Notes: generated from the letters alone by a model not told the origin. Positions 49,159 to 60,269 are shown, numbered from the stretch's first letter. The stretch: DNA of 64,000 bases from an uncultured Methylomirabilota bacterium (GCA_963705305.1 OY970067.1:1280001-1344000); one strand, 5' to 3'. Made by a program: numbers and translations.

Positions 49159-49810
49159 CGTGGCACCTCCTTCTCCGGTTGTGTTAACACCAAGAAAGCG
49201 GTCGCCAGGGCTACCCTGCCGCGCACGAATGCGTCGTGCCCTAAGCCCTCCAACACAAAATAATATAGCATAGAAGTCTCCACCCCTGGCCAAGGAAAGC
49301 TTGGTTCGCGTAACACATCTGTGCAAAAGCCGATGACATCTCTCGGGCTACTACCACCGTGGAGTGTGGCAGGCTCTCGATATGGCAGACTCTCGACAAA
49401 TGCCAAATGCCTTCGGGTACGAGACTGAACCGTAACGATCGGTCAATTGGAGCGCGCTTAGCCAAGAGAACGGAGTTTCCTGCTGGGTACCTCCGTAATG
49501 CATTGCTCTGCGGTTTGAGCGAATTCGCCATCCGCATCTTTGCGAACACTTCGTCCGCGAGCATCCGACCATGTCCTGCCAGGAAATCCTCGGTACCGCT
49601 CTCGCGGATCCCTCGTAAGGGGGCAGTCAGTGTAATGGATCCCAGTCGCGCCTGCGCGCCGGCACCGGAGTGGAGGAGCCGGGACTCTGGCTCTGAAGGT
49701 CCGGACGCCCACCGGCTCCGGAGGCCATCGTCACCGGGGAAGTGCGAAGAACGGCTGAGCGGGTGCGCCAGGTAGGCTGGGCTCGCCGCTGGCCCCCGCC
49801 CGGTACCGGT

Positions 49811-51232
49811 TTAGGCATTGCCGACGGGAATCTCGACAAGCTGCCCCCACGGGGGCTTCTCGCCATGGTGGTCCTCGGGCACGCACCAGAGCACGGGGAA
49901 GGGAGGCTTCCGGTCGGGGAAGTCGGAATAGAGGTCGGTGAGGGCGATCACGACCTCCGGCACGATCCGATGTTCACGGAGGTAGGTGAAGGCAGGAACG
50001 TGGGAGGTGCCGCCCCCCCCGGTGATTTTGAGTGTGCGCAGGAATGTCGGAATCTCCCGGGTCGAGATGCCCTGGTGGACCTCAACGTCGTGCGTGAGGA
50101 TCAGGGTCTCCTCGGCGTAGGTGTGGAGCTTGGCGACTTCCGCACCGAAGGCCTCCAGCATCGGCCGGGAGATGCTGCCGGAGGCATCGATGAGCACCAC
50201 GATCTGGCCGAGGCGCTCGGAGCGCAGGCTCGGGAGGATGAGGTCGGCCTGCACCAGCCACCGTCGGTTCGGCGGGAAGAGAGCGTAGTCGTCCTTCGCG
50301 AGGACGGTACTGGCATACCGCTGGAGCACCCGCTGCCACGGGACCTTGGCCCGGCGGAGCTGCGCCACGAGCCGGGTGATCCCTGCTGGCAGGGTACCCC
50401 GCTGCTCGGAGGCGGTCCAGGCCTCGTAGGCGGCGACCAGGCGGTCGGCGAGGCGCTCCTGGACATCGGCGGAGACTGGGCTGGGGGTCTGGAGGCAGGT
50501 CTGGCCGGGACGGTAGTGCCCGCTGGACCAGTCGGGGGTGTCGGGGCCATCGCCAGCGCCGTTCGCCTGGCCGGGCTCTCTATTCTTCCCCGATGGCTGC
50601 GACCCCCCGGATGAGATGGCGCCGCCCTCCCCGCCCGTTCCCATCTGGTTCCCACCGCCACTTCCACCCACGGACGAAGGGCTCGCGCAAAGATCCGGCT
50701 CCCGCGTGGGGAGGAGGTCGTACAGTTCTTCCGCGGTGAGGCCCTTGGCCCAGGGGAGGTGGACGAGGTCGAAGACCCCGAGACCCGGCACGGCGACGTG
50801 TGCGGGGCGATCGTAGAGGGGCCGCATCGGACTGCTCGGCATCCAGGCGTGCGCGGGGACCTGGATCTCGTCGAGCATGAGATTGACCACGGCATCCGTG
50901 GCGAGATTCCACCGGTCGTGGTCCCGCGGGCCCTCCCGGAGCGCATGGAGGAAGGCGACGTGACCGACCTCGTGGAGGAGCACGTAGCCGAACTGCCGCG
51001 CGGTGAGGACCCGCGTCCAGTACGGGTTGTACCAGATGCGGTCGATCCCGTTGGTGGCGCCGAAGGTGGGGAGGGTCACGCTCGGCTGGATCCGCATCGG
51101 CAGGATGAGGGTGGCCCAGAAGGCATGGCGGACGATGAAGTCGGCCCGGAGGGCCGAGACCCGCTCGGCCTCATGCACCAGGAGGGTGTCGAAATCAGGA
51201 ACGGCAGGCTGGGGTGCCCTGAGGAGTGCCAT
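49811..51232 (-). CDS. Metallopeptidase + vWA-like domain protein (DUF2201 type)
   Basis: ATNG..IWYNP, LLHEVGHVAFLH..R, WNLATD..N, IDASGSI, GGGTS, LTDLY. Confidence 0.85.
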   Translation of the reverse strand: MALLRAPQPAVPDFDTLLVHEAERVSALRADFIVRHAFWATLILPMRIQPSVTLPTFGATNGIDRIWYNPYWTRVLTARQFGYVLLHEVGHVAFLHALREGPRDHDRWNLATDAVVNLMLDEIQVPAHAWMPSSPMRPLYDRPAHVAVPGLGVFDLVHLPWAKGLTAEELYDLLPTREPDLCASPSSVGGSGGGNQMGTGGEGGAISSGGSQPSGKNREPGQANGAGDGPDTPDWSSGHYRPGQTCLQTPSPVSADVQERLADRLVAAYEAWTASEQRGTLPAGITRLVAQLRRAKVPWQRVLQRYASTVLAKDDYALFPPNRRWLVQADLILPSLRSERLGQIVVLIDASGSISRPMLEAFGAEVAKLHTYAEETLILTHDVEVHQGISTREIPTFLRTLKITGGGGTSHVPAFTYLREHRIVPEVVIALTDLYSDFPDRKPPFPVLWCVPEDHHGEKPPWGQLVEIPVGNA

Positions 51233-51234
51233 GG

Positions 51235-52329
51235 TCAGGCCGCCTGGGCGAGGGCCCCGCCCTGGCTCGCTTGCAGGAGCGCTATGATCCGGGTCCGGAT
51301 CCGCTCGAACACCTTGCTGGTGCTGAGCACCTGGAAGGCCTTGGTATCGGCGATCCCCCGCACGAGGAGGGGGAGGAACTCGGCAGAATACCCCGACGCC
51401 TCCATCAGCGCCAGGAGGTGAGGAGCTTGCGCCGCGGTGAGTCCCCGCGTCCGGAGGAGCTGCACGACCGAGAAGGTGAGTGCGTAGAGGAAGGCGGGGT
51501 CAGCACTCTGGAGGGGTGGGAGCTTCCCCTGGGTGAGGATCGCGTCCACGTCCACCTGGCGGTAGACGGCGTGAAAGGTGGCCCACTCGTTCGCCGCGGC
51601 CTCGCCCACGCAGCCGGCGAGGATCCGCTTCCGGTCCAGCGCAGGGAGGTTCATCCCATCGGCCTGGGCGGCCATCGCCCACGAGCGAGGCGTCGGAAAG
51701 GCGGTCTCCCCTGTCATCTTGAACAGCCCGGGCTCCTTCCGGAAGGCGATGTAGGCGATGATATCGGGACTGAGGTTCTTCTGGGTGGCCCAGTCGATCC
51801 ATGCATCCGCGTCGACCCGCAGCGTGAAGTGGACAAAGCGGTTCCGGAGGGCCGATGACATCGCAACGGCGAGGGCCTCGTCCTCCTCGCGGTTGCCGGC
51901 CGCCATCACCACGGTCCGGGGATGAAAGCGGTGCGGGCCGATTCGCTTCTCAAGGACGATCTGGTAGGCGACGCTCTGGTGGAGGCGGGTGACCGCGGCG
52001 TTGATCTCGTCCAGGAACACCAGGCAGGGCTCATCGCAGGCCACGGTGACCCAGTCGGTGGCGTAGCGAAGCAGGGCCCGATTCTGGTGGTCGGGCACGT
52101 TGATCCCGGCGATCTCAGAAGGATCCTGCTGGGCCAGGCGGACGTCCACAAGGCGGAGCTGCAAGTCGGCGGCGATATCCGCCGCCATCGCGGACTTGCC
52201 GCCACCGGGGCAGCCCAGGACCAGGACCGACAGTCCTTTCGTGAGGCAATGCTGGGTGAGCCGCTTGACGATAGGGTACGGGTACCCTTCCGACACGGGA
52301 AACACGGGGGCGAGGACCGACTTGGCCAT
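51235..52329 (-). CDS. MoxR-like AAA+ ATPase
   Basis: GCPGGGKS, FLDEIN, AAGNR, ALRNRF, PTPRSW. Confidence 0.88.
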   Translation of the reverse strand: MAKSVLAPVFPVSEGYPYPIVKRLTQHCLTKGLSVLVLGCPGGGKSAMAADIAADLQLRLVDVRLAQQDPSEIAGINVPDHQNRALLRYATDWVTVACDEPCLVFLDEINAAVTRLHQSVAYQIVLEKRIGPHRFHPRTVVMAAGNREEDEALAVAMSSALRNRFVHFTLRVDADAWIDWATQKNLSPDIIAYIAFRKEPGLFKMTGETAFPTPRSWAMAAQADGMNLPALDRKRILAGCVGEAAANEWATFHAVYRQVDVDAILTQGKLPPLQSADPAFLYALTFSVVQLLRTRGLTAAQAPHLLALMEASGYSAEFLPLLVRGIADTKAFQVLSTSKVFERIRTRIIALLQASQGGALAQAA

Positions 52330-52636
52330 GACGAGCTCCTCGGAGAGGGGTCGATGGGGGAGACAGCTACGGCTGGGGCAGCCTGCATTTCATCGCTGTC
52401 CATGCGCCTGCCATACCGGAGGCATGGGGGCACGAAACATGTGAGGGGCATCACCTGTGTTACAGGGGGGAAGGGGATGACGGGCTCCATGCGGTCACCA
52501 ACAACTTCATTAGCGGTGTCGGGGAGAGGTGGCTCCGAGGAGTCGCTCAAGAGGTCCGTCGGTCTGGTATGGTAAGGTCTAGTGCGTGGTTCCCCAAGGC
52601 CGGCAAGGGCTAAGCAGAAGAGATGACGGAGGGAAT

Positions 52637-53260
52637 CTACTCTTCTGCTCGTGCTCGGTTCGAGTCCTTGTTGGTTCTCGGGGGAGGGCAATTCTGGGCT
52701 TTCGGAGGAGACTGTCTCGCTGGATTGAAGGCTAACGTGTAGCGCGTGAGCGGCGGCTGCCGCGCTGACTCTGAAGCCGACATCCCCACCCCGTCCGCAG
52801 GACGTGCTTGTTGGCTACCTTGGATGTCGACCTTCTCAAGCTGCGTGGGCCAGGCGCCCTGGCCGTTACCTCCCTTAAAGAAGACACGTGTATTGGGCTG
52901 TATCGACGAGATGACGAACTCCTGAGTGTACTCGTGTGGCTCGCCGTTCTGTTCGAACACGGTGCGCCTTAACACCCGATCGCCGGGCTTGAGGTTCAGC
53001 TTGCTGATGGCGTCCAAGCTGCGGCGCCGCAGTTCCTCGTCAATCTTGGCAGATGCTACGCGCACGCTATCAGCCACTAAGCTGAGCCCCAGCCGTCGTC
53101 CGAACTCAAGCTGCTTTTCAGTCACAGGCCGGCGACCGTTCCGTTCACCTATCGCGAATGCTACCTCATCCAGGATTCGGGCGGCGGCAACCGATTCGCT
53201 GTCGCCCGAGACGTCCACCCCGAGGGCCTCCGCAATTCGGACCTGTTGTGCTGTCGCCAT
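52637..53260 (-). CDS. Hypothetical protein (cassette-like; frame runs through an attC-like site)
   Basis: MATAQQVRIAEALG...TEKQLEF...LKPGDRV...RVFFKGG. Confidence 0.55.
   Translation of the reverse strand: MATAQQVRIAEALGVDVSGDSESVAAARILDEVAFAIGERNGRRPVTEKQLEFGRRLGLSLVADSVRVASAKIDEELRRRSLDAISKLNLKPGDRVLRRTVFEQNGEPHEYTQEFVISSIQPNTRVFFKGGNGQGAWPTQLEKVDIQGSQQARPADGVGMSASESARQPPLTRYTLAFNPARQSPPKAQNCPPPRTNKDSNRARAEE
52730..52816 (-). other. Degenerate integron attC-like site
   Basis: Minus strand AGCCAAC-AAGCACGTCCTGCGGAC ... GCCGCTCACGCGCTACAC-GTTAGCC: complementary R''/R'-like boxes and L-like arms at the 3' end of an orphan gene. Confidence 0.5.
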
Positions 53261-53920
53261 GAGCATCTCCCGAGCGCGTCGAGTGGCAGCGACCTTGCGC
53301 TGATTTGGACTCTCGAATCAGCTGGCCGTATTGCGTCCCCATGGCTCGTTATGCTCCGACGAGGACCATCCAGCGAACGAGCAGTCAACGGGGTCGGCGC
53401 CTCTCCAGTTGAGTACGTTGGTGGCTGAGACAATGTCGAAGTGCTGGTCTGAAGAAGTCTCGCGGGCGTTTCGGGATACCTCGTTCTACCGGTTGGATTG
53501 CGGGAGGAGCGCCAGGTGAACCTTGCGAGAAAAGGTATCGCCGAGCGCAGGGGCTGTCAACTACAAGACCTTGTCTCGGCAGCACGAGGGGCTCCGGATA
53601 CAGACCATCAAGCATACCTCCGACGGCAGATCGAGATGGCCAGGGTGCAGCGCCGAGAGGTAATGATTCTTGGGGGGGGTAACGCTGCCTTGGACGAGAG
53701 ATGGCCGAATAGGTCGAAGCCCCGGGAGCTGGAATGCTCCTTTTGGACCCAGTCAGCGCCTCCTCAAGGATTTAGGCAGGGCTGAGCGAGGCGTGCGCCC
53801 CACGCGTCAGACCGATGGGCCGGGGGGGATGGTCTCATCGGGCAGCGCACCCGATGGCGGATTCCCTGGTGTCTCCGCAGCGTCGTCTCCATCGCAGACC
53901 GCACCCACGCTCGACTGGAC

Positions 53921-56177
53921 TCAGAACAGCGCGAGCTGGGCGAGGTGGGGCCGCTCGGCGAGGAGGTCCTGCAGGCGGTCGGCGGTGACTTCGATTCGGC
54001 TGGTCTTCTTGCGGCGGGGGTGGGTGTGCTCGATGAGAATCGACGATGAGGAGTTTGCTCCCGATCTGTTCCAGGGATTCGGAGATTGCGGTGATCGGTG
54101 GCGCCGGCGCCATCGCGGTCATGGTGAGGAGCTGCTCCATATCGCGCTTGCGGAGGCGGGCCCAGACGGCCTCGGCGGATTCGGTGGAGCCGACCCGGTG
54201 GACTAACGCGCGGGCAAGCTCCAGGACGAGGGAGTCGGCAGGGTCCGCAAGGACGCCGAGGCCCTCGCTGCCGAGCTCCCCCTCGATGGCGAGGGAGGCT
54301 TCGAGTTTCGTCGCGATCAGCCGGAGGGCTGTGTCCTGCATGGTGCCCAGGTACGTGAGGAAGAATACGCGGCAGGGGGCGGTCTGCCCGATCCGCCAGG
54401 CCCGTCGTGCCGCCTGGCGCAACGTGTAGATGGAGTACCCCGGACAGAGGTACACCATCGTGGGCGTCCGGAGCATATCAAGTCCGGTCTTGACCAACTC
54501 GGGGTTACAGATGAGGACATCGAGCCCCGCATCCAGACGTTCCTGGATCCACGCCTCCCGTCGGGCGGCCTCCACGCTCCCCTTCAGCACGGCCACCCGA
54601 AGGCCGGCGGAGGTGAGGAGTTCCGCGATCCGGGGCGTGAGGTCCCGGGTCTCGGTGAAGGTGACGTAGACCAGCACGCGCCGCCCCTCCTGCTGGACTT
54701 CCTTCCGGCACAACTCGACCAGTTCTTCCTCCTTCGGCAGGGGCCCGGGCACCCTCGGGGCGGAGGCGATCACCTGCTGGGTGTGGGGGTCCACCACGAT
54801 CTCCTCACGGAACGCCGCCTGGTCCGGGTAGCACAGGAGGCTCTGCAGATATGCAGCGAGGAGGTGTCGAGAGCCCGCGGCGAGCGCGTCCCGCACCGCC
54901 TGGAGGAGAGCGTCCGCGAGGCCGTGGTAGGCGCGGGCGAGGTCAGGGGACATGCTGAGGCTGACCACGCGCTCCTCGTAGGGCGGCAGAGCATCCGCTA
55001 CATCGGCCAGCCGGAGGAAGATGGTGTGTGGCAAGAGGTGCCGGCCCAGGACGAGTGGCGAGATGCCGGGTTTCCGGCGAATACTCACGGAGTGCGTCTT
55101 GCCCCGCACCGTCCGGGCGTCGCAGGCGTCCTCATGGGGACCCAGGCGCGTGATCTTTTCCTGGATGCCGTACCGGGCCATCCACGCTTGGACATTCCGG
55201 TACTGGAAGCCGTCGGCGACCAGGGCAGAGGCGTTGGCCCGGAAGAGGACGTGGAAGAGGTTATCTGCATACCCGCCCAGAAGGGTCCCGGTGAGCGTGA
55301 GGGTCCAGTCACAGGCTGCGGCGAGCGATCCATAGGCGTGCCCCTGGCCGGTGGCCGCCCCCTTCAATTCGTGCACTTCGTCCGGGATGAACAGGTCAAA
55401 GACCCCCCGCAGATGGTGCTTGATGAACGTGGCCGGCGCGTAGCGGCGGGGCCCCTGGGGATCAGGCCCGAAGGCCGGTTCGCCGCAGGCAGGGCAGAAG
55501 GTGTGCGTCCGGCGGAGCTGCGCGTCCGTGAGGGGCAGCCCGTCCGGGTCCCGCAGGATGGCCCCGCAACCACAACAGGCCGGCTCGACCCATGTCTGGA
55601 GGGGCGCAGACGGGTTCGCGGGATCGCGCTGTGCCCGGCGGCGGTGCCAGACCGCAGGCTGCCACGCGTAGTGGAGCTTGGCGCGCTCGCGGCTCAGGAT
55701 CCAGACCTCAGGGGCCGTGGGGGCGAGCGGCCCGTGCGCACGGATCGCGTCGGCCAGCCGGGTGAGGTGGCCAAGGGCATCGCGCCCGCCCAGGGGAATC
55801 GCACGCACGGTGGGCAGGACCGCCTTCGCCTCCCGCTCCCATTTCGGCACGAGATGGGGCGGGCACATGACGAGGGCGCGGAGAGGCCGCGGGGCGAGTG
55901 CCAGGAGCGCCAAGGCCACCGTGGTCTTCCCCGTCCCCATCTCCCCGCAGAGGTGGACAGCGCGGTCGCCCGTCACGAAGAAGGCCTTGGCGATGGCCTT
56001 GGCTGCCTCGGCCTGCGCCGGGTAGCACCGCCGAGGGAGCGCGGCGAGGGCCGCATCGTACTCGGGAGTCGTCCCCGCGTCCCGGAGGGGATCGTGCAGG
56101 ATCTGGAACGTCTGGGCCACCCGCTGGGCGAGCGGCTCCCCGAATCGGTCCAGGAACTTGGTGAGGCGGTTTGGCAT
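53921..56177 (-). CDS. SF2 (SNF2-like) helicase of ICE type (apparent +1 frameshift near 54038)
   Basis: GEMGTGKT, MCPPHLVPKW, DEVHE, LTGT, VKTGLD, QAARRAWRIGQ; the alternative-frame tail ends QLALF. Confidence 0.85.
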
Positions 56178-56256
56178 GGCGCGGCCTCCCGAGGAGAATT
56201 CTGGAAGAGTGAGCGCCCAAGCGTGTCCGGGTAGCTCCCGAGATTCCTGAGGGTGC

Positions 56257-57108
56257 TCAGAGCTGGACCATCGTCCCTGCACACGGTGCGGCGATCGGCT
56301 GCTGTGGGGCAGCCAGATTGGAACCGGGCGCCCCGAGCGACCCCGCCCCCGTTGATATCGGCTCGGGTGCGGGGGGTGGCCGGTGGGGTGGGAGGCGCTC
56401 GGGCGGAGGAGCGGGGAGCACCTCCGCCGCGATCGGCAGGGCCCCCTGCACCAGGGCGGCTGTGACCGCCTTGGCGAGGCGCTCGGCGTTGTGGAGTACC
56501 TCCCAACCGAGCCAGGGGCCCTCACCCTGGAGGGGGAGCAACGCCTCCTCGGTCTCCAGGTGGTGCCACAGCCAGGGGGCCCACGATGAGCGGAGAGGGA
56601 CCGGGGTGCGGGCATCGATGGCGCGGAGGAGCCTGGCCGGCGCGTCCTCTGCCTGCGTAGCAGGAAGGAGCAGGCTGAATCGCTGTGGCGAAGCCGCGGG
56701 GGTCCAGTCCGCCACATAGAGGCCATGCACCTGGCCGCAGGGGAGGCGGCGGACGATCCGCCGAGCGGGAATAGCTTCCGAGGACAGAACGCCCACCTTG
56801 TGCCGGCCTCGCCAGGACGGCATGTCGGTGTCGGCACGACCGACGAGCGTGATGGAGTCCTTCGCGCCTGGCCGGAGGAGGGTCGCCAGGATCGCGTGGA
56901 CGGCCTCGGTCGCCCCGCCAAGGGAGAGGAGGCGAAGGGCGTCCCCCGGGGCGGCGAGGTACGCGTGGACGAGGGCGGTGGCGCCACGGCACTCAGCGTA
57001 GAGAAACGTGGGTGGAGGGGTCACGAGCGCTCCTGAGGCAGCGGAATGAACAGGACGTGGAAGGAGGTTCCCCGAGGGCAGCCGGGATCGTATCGCAGTG
57101 ACCCTCAC
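56257..57108 (-). CDS. Hypothetical ICE-backbone protein
   Basis: Lies between the methyltransferase and helicase; LRLLSLGG..AV.A, TPVPL..WAPWLW; start uncertain. Confidence 0.6.
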   Translation of the reverse strand: MRVTAIRSRLPSGNLLPRPVHSAASGALVTPPPTFLYAECRGATALVHAYLAAPGDALRLLSLGGATEAVHAILATLLRPGAKDSITLVGRADTDMPSWRGRHKVGVLSSEAIPARRIVRRLPCGQVHGLYVADWTPAASPQRFSLLLPATQAEDAPARLLRAIDARTPVPLRSSWAPWLWHHLETEEALLPLQGEGPWLGWEVLHNAERLAKAVTAALVQGALPIAAEVLPAPPPERLPPHRPPPAPEPISTGAGSLGAPGSNLAAPQQPIAAPCAGTMVQL

Positions 57109-58151
57109 TGCACCGTCTGAAGCGTGCCGGTGTGGAGGTCCAGGGCGGTGATGACGATCTTCAGGGTGTCCCGCTCCGTGATGGTCCGGCTCCCGTCGGC
57201 GTGGGTCTCCTCGCTCCGCATGCTGGCCTTCTCGGTGCGCCCCTTGATGAGCACGGGGTGCCCGGTGCGGGGATCGCAGACCAGCTCGTTGTTCAGGTGG
57301 CCGCTGGCGAGCACAAGAGCGAGGTGACCCCGCCGCAGCGGCATGAGCGGCCGGAATCCTTCTGCGCCAGCCGGCGGGGTGAGCAGGCGGAGGAGCATCG
57401 GGTAGGCGCCGTGCTGCGCGATCTCGCCCACGAGGTCCTGAGGGTCCACCGCTACGCGCTGGAACAGCGGAGGGTGCGCCGCCGGGGCGACCGGCACTCG
57501 ATAGGGTGGATCCAGAGCTGTCGGCAGGTCGGGGGGGATGCTCATCCCGTGGCCGATAGCCCGGAGGCTCTGAGCGACGCCGTCATCCCGGCAGGGCGAG
57601 TCCTTCCGGATCCCGAAGAGCACGACCTGCGCGAAGCGGTCGTACGCCTCCCCGGGGAAGCGGAAGACCTGCAGGTCGCGCAGGTGCTGGGCGAGGACCG
57701 GGACCAGGCGGCGGTCGAGGCGCCGGTCCGGCAGGACGAAGACAAGGATGCCATTCGGGTGCAGGTAGCGGAGGGCGGCCTGAAGGAAGAGGAGTTCGAG
57801 CCGCCGCGTGGCCTCATCGGGCTCTGCCTTGGCGTCGTAGTCGTAGGGCGGATTCAGGAAGACGAGGCCGAAGGCCCCATTGGTGACGCGAACGCCCCGG
57901 ATGTCGGCGTGGAGCACCCGAGTCAGCGCCGTGGCGGCGGTCTCCGCTCTCCCCCGGTGGAGCTCGATGCCGAAGCGCTCCACGGGGTCGAGGGCCGCCG
58001 TGACGTCACAGAGCGCGGAGCCGTCTCCGCAGCACGGGTCGATCACACGGACCAAGCCGGGCGCGGCGGGGACCAGGCTTCGGGCGATCGCCGCGCTGAC
58101 GTCGGGTGGGGTAGGGTAATAGCCGAGCTTGCTCTTGCCGGCAAGGCGCAC
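57105..58151 (-). CDS. Class I SAM-dependent DNA methyltransferase (DUF6094-like)
   Basis: KLGYYPTP, IDPCCGDG, GIEL, FLNPPY, PLMPLRRGHLA. Confidence 0.85.
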   Translation of the reverse strand: MRLAGKSKLGYYPTPPDVSAAIARSLVPAAPGLVRVIDPCCGDGSALCDVTAALDPVERFGIELHRGRAETAATALTRVLHADIRGVRVTNGAFGLVFLNPPYDYDAKAEPDEATRRLELLFLQAALRYLHPNGILVFVLPDRRLDRRLVPVLAQHLRDLQVFRFPGEAYDRFAQVVLFGIRKDSPCRDDGVAQSLRAIGHGMSIPPDLPTALDPPYRVPVAPAAHPPLFQRVAVDPQDLVGEIAQHGAYPMLLRLLTPPAGAEGFRPLMPLRRGHLALVLASGHLNNELVCDPRTGHPVLIKGRTEKASMRSEETHADGSRTITERDTLKIVITALDLHTGTLQTVQ

Positions 58152-58413
58152 GACGCAACTCCTTCGGAGGACGATCCCTCCCCTCAAACATTCCAACTGG
58201 CAGGCTTTGGGGTCGCGGTCGAGCGACCGACATCTCCTACCCGGGGGTTCCGTCTGGCGGCAGTCCCCAAGGGGTGTCGTCGATGCCGACGCTCATGGTG
58301 GATGGTGGCGGCGTCTTCTGTGGATAGCTGTCCTCTGCGCGCCGTCGGCTGGAAGGTCCTCGTCAAGTGACCTCCGCTGCCTGGGGGCGCCCCGGCACCG
58401 AGGACCCCGGGTG

Positions 58414-59619
58414 CTAACAGGTCCGGTGAAGCCACGCCCGGAGGCGCTGGAGCGGCGAGTGGGGCCTCGAGTCAGGGGTGGCGTGGGCTGCGAGCACCGG
58501 GACCAGGCACGACGCGGGAGCCCCGTGGCGGCAGAGCCAGAGCAGTTGCTTCGCCCGGGTCACCGCGACGTAGAGCAATCGCACCTCCTCGGCCTGCGCT
58601 GCCGGCGTGGCCGCGAACGGCGAGGGAGCGATCCCCTCTTGGCACCCGGCGAGGAAGACGACGGTCCACTCACCCCCCTTGGCCTGATGCATGGTGAGAA
58701 GCGCGATGGCGGTCCCGGGCTGGCGAGGGCCTTCGAGCGTTGCACTGGTGTCACGCTCCTCCCAAGAGGGTGGGCTGTACGTCTTCACGCCACAGCGCCG
58801 GGCCTCCTGACGGAGGATGCCCCCCTGGGCATGCGTCCGGATAAGAATGGCGATTTCCCGGGCGGGGATACCGAGGGCAAGGAGCGTCCGGACTTCCTCG
58901 AAGATCCGTCGGGCCTCCTCCGTGGGACTCGCCGCGGCGATCTGCCGGATGGCGGGATGGGCCTCCAACCGGACCGAGGCCAGGGTCCGACAGGGCGCCC
59001 CGGCGGGGGCGATCGGGGCGAGGAGAGTCCGAGCTGCCTCGACGATCTGGCGGGCGCTCCGGTAGTTCTCGGAGAGACAGAGGGTCCGAATGGGTGGAGG
59101 GAAGTACCGCTCCGCGTGGAGGAGATATTCGGCTGAGGCCTGGCGGAACCCATAGATCGCCTGGTCGGGATCCCCGACGAGGAGGAGCTCCGCGTTGGCC
59201 GTATGCGCGTGGAGCGCGGTGAGAAAATCGACCTGGCTCCGGTCCAGGTCCTGCGCCTCATCCACGGCGATGAGGGTGAGGTCCTTCACCCAGGCCGGGG
59301 CGACCCCGTCCCGCAGCACTTCGGTACAGCGCGGCATAAGAGCGTCAAGGTCAAATGGGTCGGGGCAGCGGTTCACGTCCACCAGGATCCGGCGCGCCAG
59401 AGCATGGAGGGTGCAGAGGCGCGGCGCGGGTACCCCGTGCCTGGCAAGCCGGTCCCGCATTTCCTGGGCCGCCTTGCGGGTGAAGGTGATCCCCAGCAAG
59501 GACCTGGCCGGGGCACCAGCTCTGAGCCGCGCGAGGAGCCACTCCACGATCAGCCGGGTCTTGCCGGAACCGGGTCCGGCGAGCACGCGATGAACCGTAC
59601 AGGGCGAGGCGGTGGACAT
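58414..59619 (-). CDS. Compact UvrD/Rep-like SF1 helicase
   Basis: AGPGSGKT, TFTRKAA, VDEAQD, VGDPDQAIYGFR, ENYRS, TMHQAKGGEW, EEVRLLYVAVTRAK. Confidence 0.9.
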   Translation of the reverse strand: MSTASPCTVHRVLAGPGSGKTRLIVEWLLARLRAGAPARSLLGITFTRKAAQEMRDRLARHGVPAPRLCTLHALARRILVDVNRCPDPFDLDALMPRCTEVLRDGVAPAWVKDLTLIAVDEAQDLDRSQVDFLTALHAHTANAELLLVGDPDQAIYGFRQASAEYLLHAERYFPPPIRTLCLSENYRSARQIVEAARTLLAPIAPAGAPCRTLASVRLEAHPAIRQIAAASPTEEARRIFEEVRTLLALGIPAREIAILIRTHAQGGILRQEARRCGVKTYSPPSWEERDTSATLEGPRQPGTAIALLTMHQAKGGEWTVVFLAGCQEGIAPSPFAATPAAQAEEVRLLYVAVTRAKQLLWLCRHGAPASCLVPVLAAHATPDSRPHSPLQRLRAWLHRTC

Positions 59620-59732
59620 CGATGGGCTCCGTGGTGGATGAAGGCTGCACCAGAGGCAGAGGGAGCCTCTATCAAGGCGTGGGCCACCTGCTCGGGACCA
59701 GGCTCTCCCCTCCCACGACTCGCACCGTCCGA

Positions 59733-60269
59733 TCAGTCACTCCCTGCCGTGCGGGGCAGGCGACGGCGGTACTCCTCGATGAGCCCGTGGTCTGCGAAGG
59801 AGTAGCGGTCCTCCAGGCCGAGGATCACATGATCGATGACGGGGATCGCCATGAGCTCGGCGGCCTTGATCAGCTGCTCGGTAAGCCGTCGATCCATGGC
59901 GCTCGGGGCGCTGTTGCCGCTCGGGTGGTTGTGGACCAGGATCGTGGCCGCGGCGTTGGCGAAGATCGCCGCCTTGAAGACCTCCCGCGGCGCGACGGAC
60001 GCCTCGCTGGTGGTGCCCTTGCCGACGAGGTAGATACCGACGGGCCGGTTATCGGCCGACAGCAGGAGCGCCCAGACCTCCTCGTGGGGCAGGTCGCGGA
60101 GGAAGTCGAAGGCGCGGGCGACGTCGGCGCTGCTCGTCACGCGTGCCGGAACCTCTGCAGCCGTGGGCCGATGCCGGTAGGTGACGATCATCTCCCGGAC
60201 CCACGAGGCGCACGGGGGCACGGTCCGGGACTTGGCGTCCTGGAGCAGTGGCAGTTGCTGAGAGGCCAT
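59733..60269 (-). CDS. radC: RadC-like JAB domain protein
   Basis: PREVFKAAI..NA..ILVHNHPSG..PS..D...IDHVI. Confidence 0.9.
   Translation of the reverse strand: MASQQLPLLQDAKSRTVPPCASWVREMIVTYRHRPTAAEVPARVTSSADVARAFDFLRDLPHEEVWALLLSADNRPVGIYLVGKGTTSEASVAPREVFKAAIFANAAATILVHNHPSGNSAPSAMDRRLTEQLIKAAELMAIPVIDHVILGLEDRYSFADHGLIEEYRRRLPRTAGSD

Noticed and set aside
53835..56987. 1050-aa helicase ORF as listed
   Set aside because: The N-terminal 270 codons overlap another gene in a different frame; the RBS-supported start is 56177, and the listed tail is probably out of frame.
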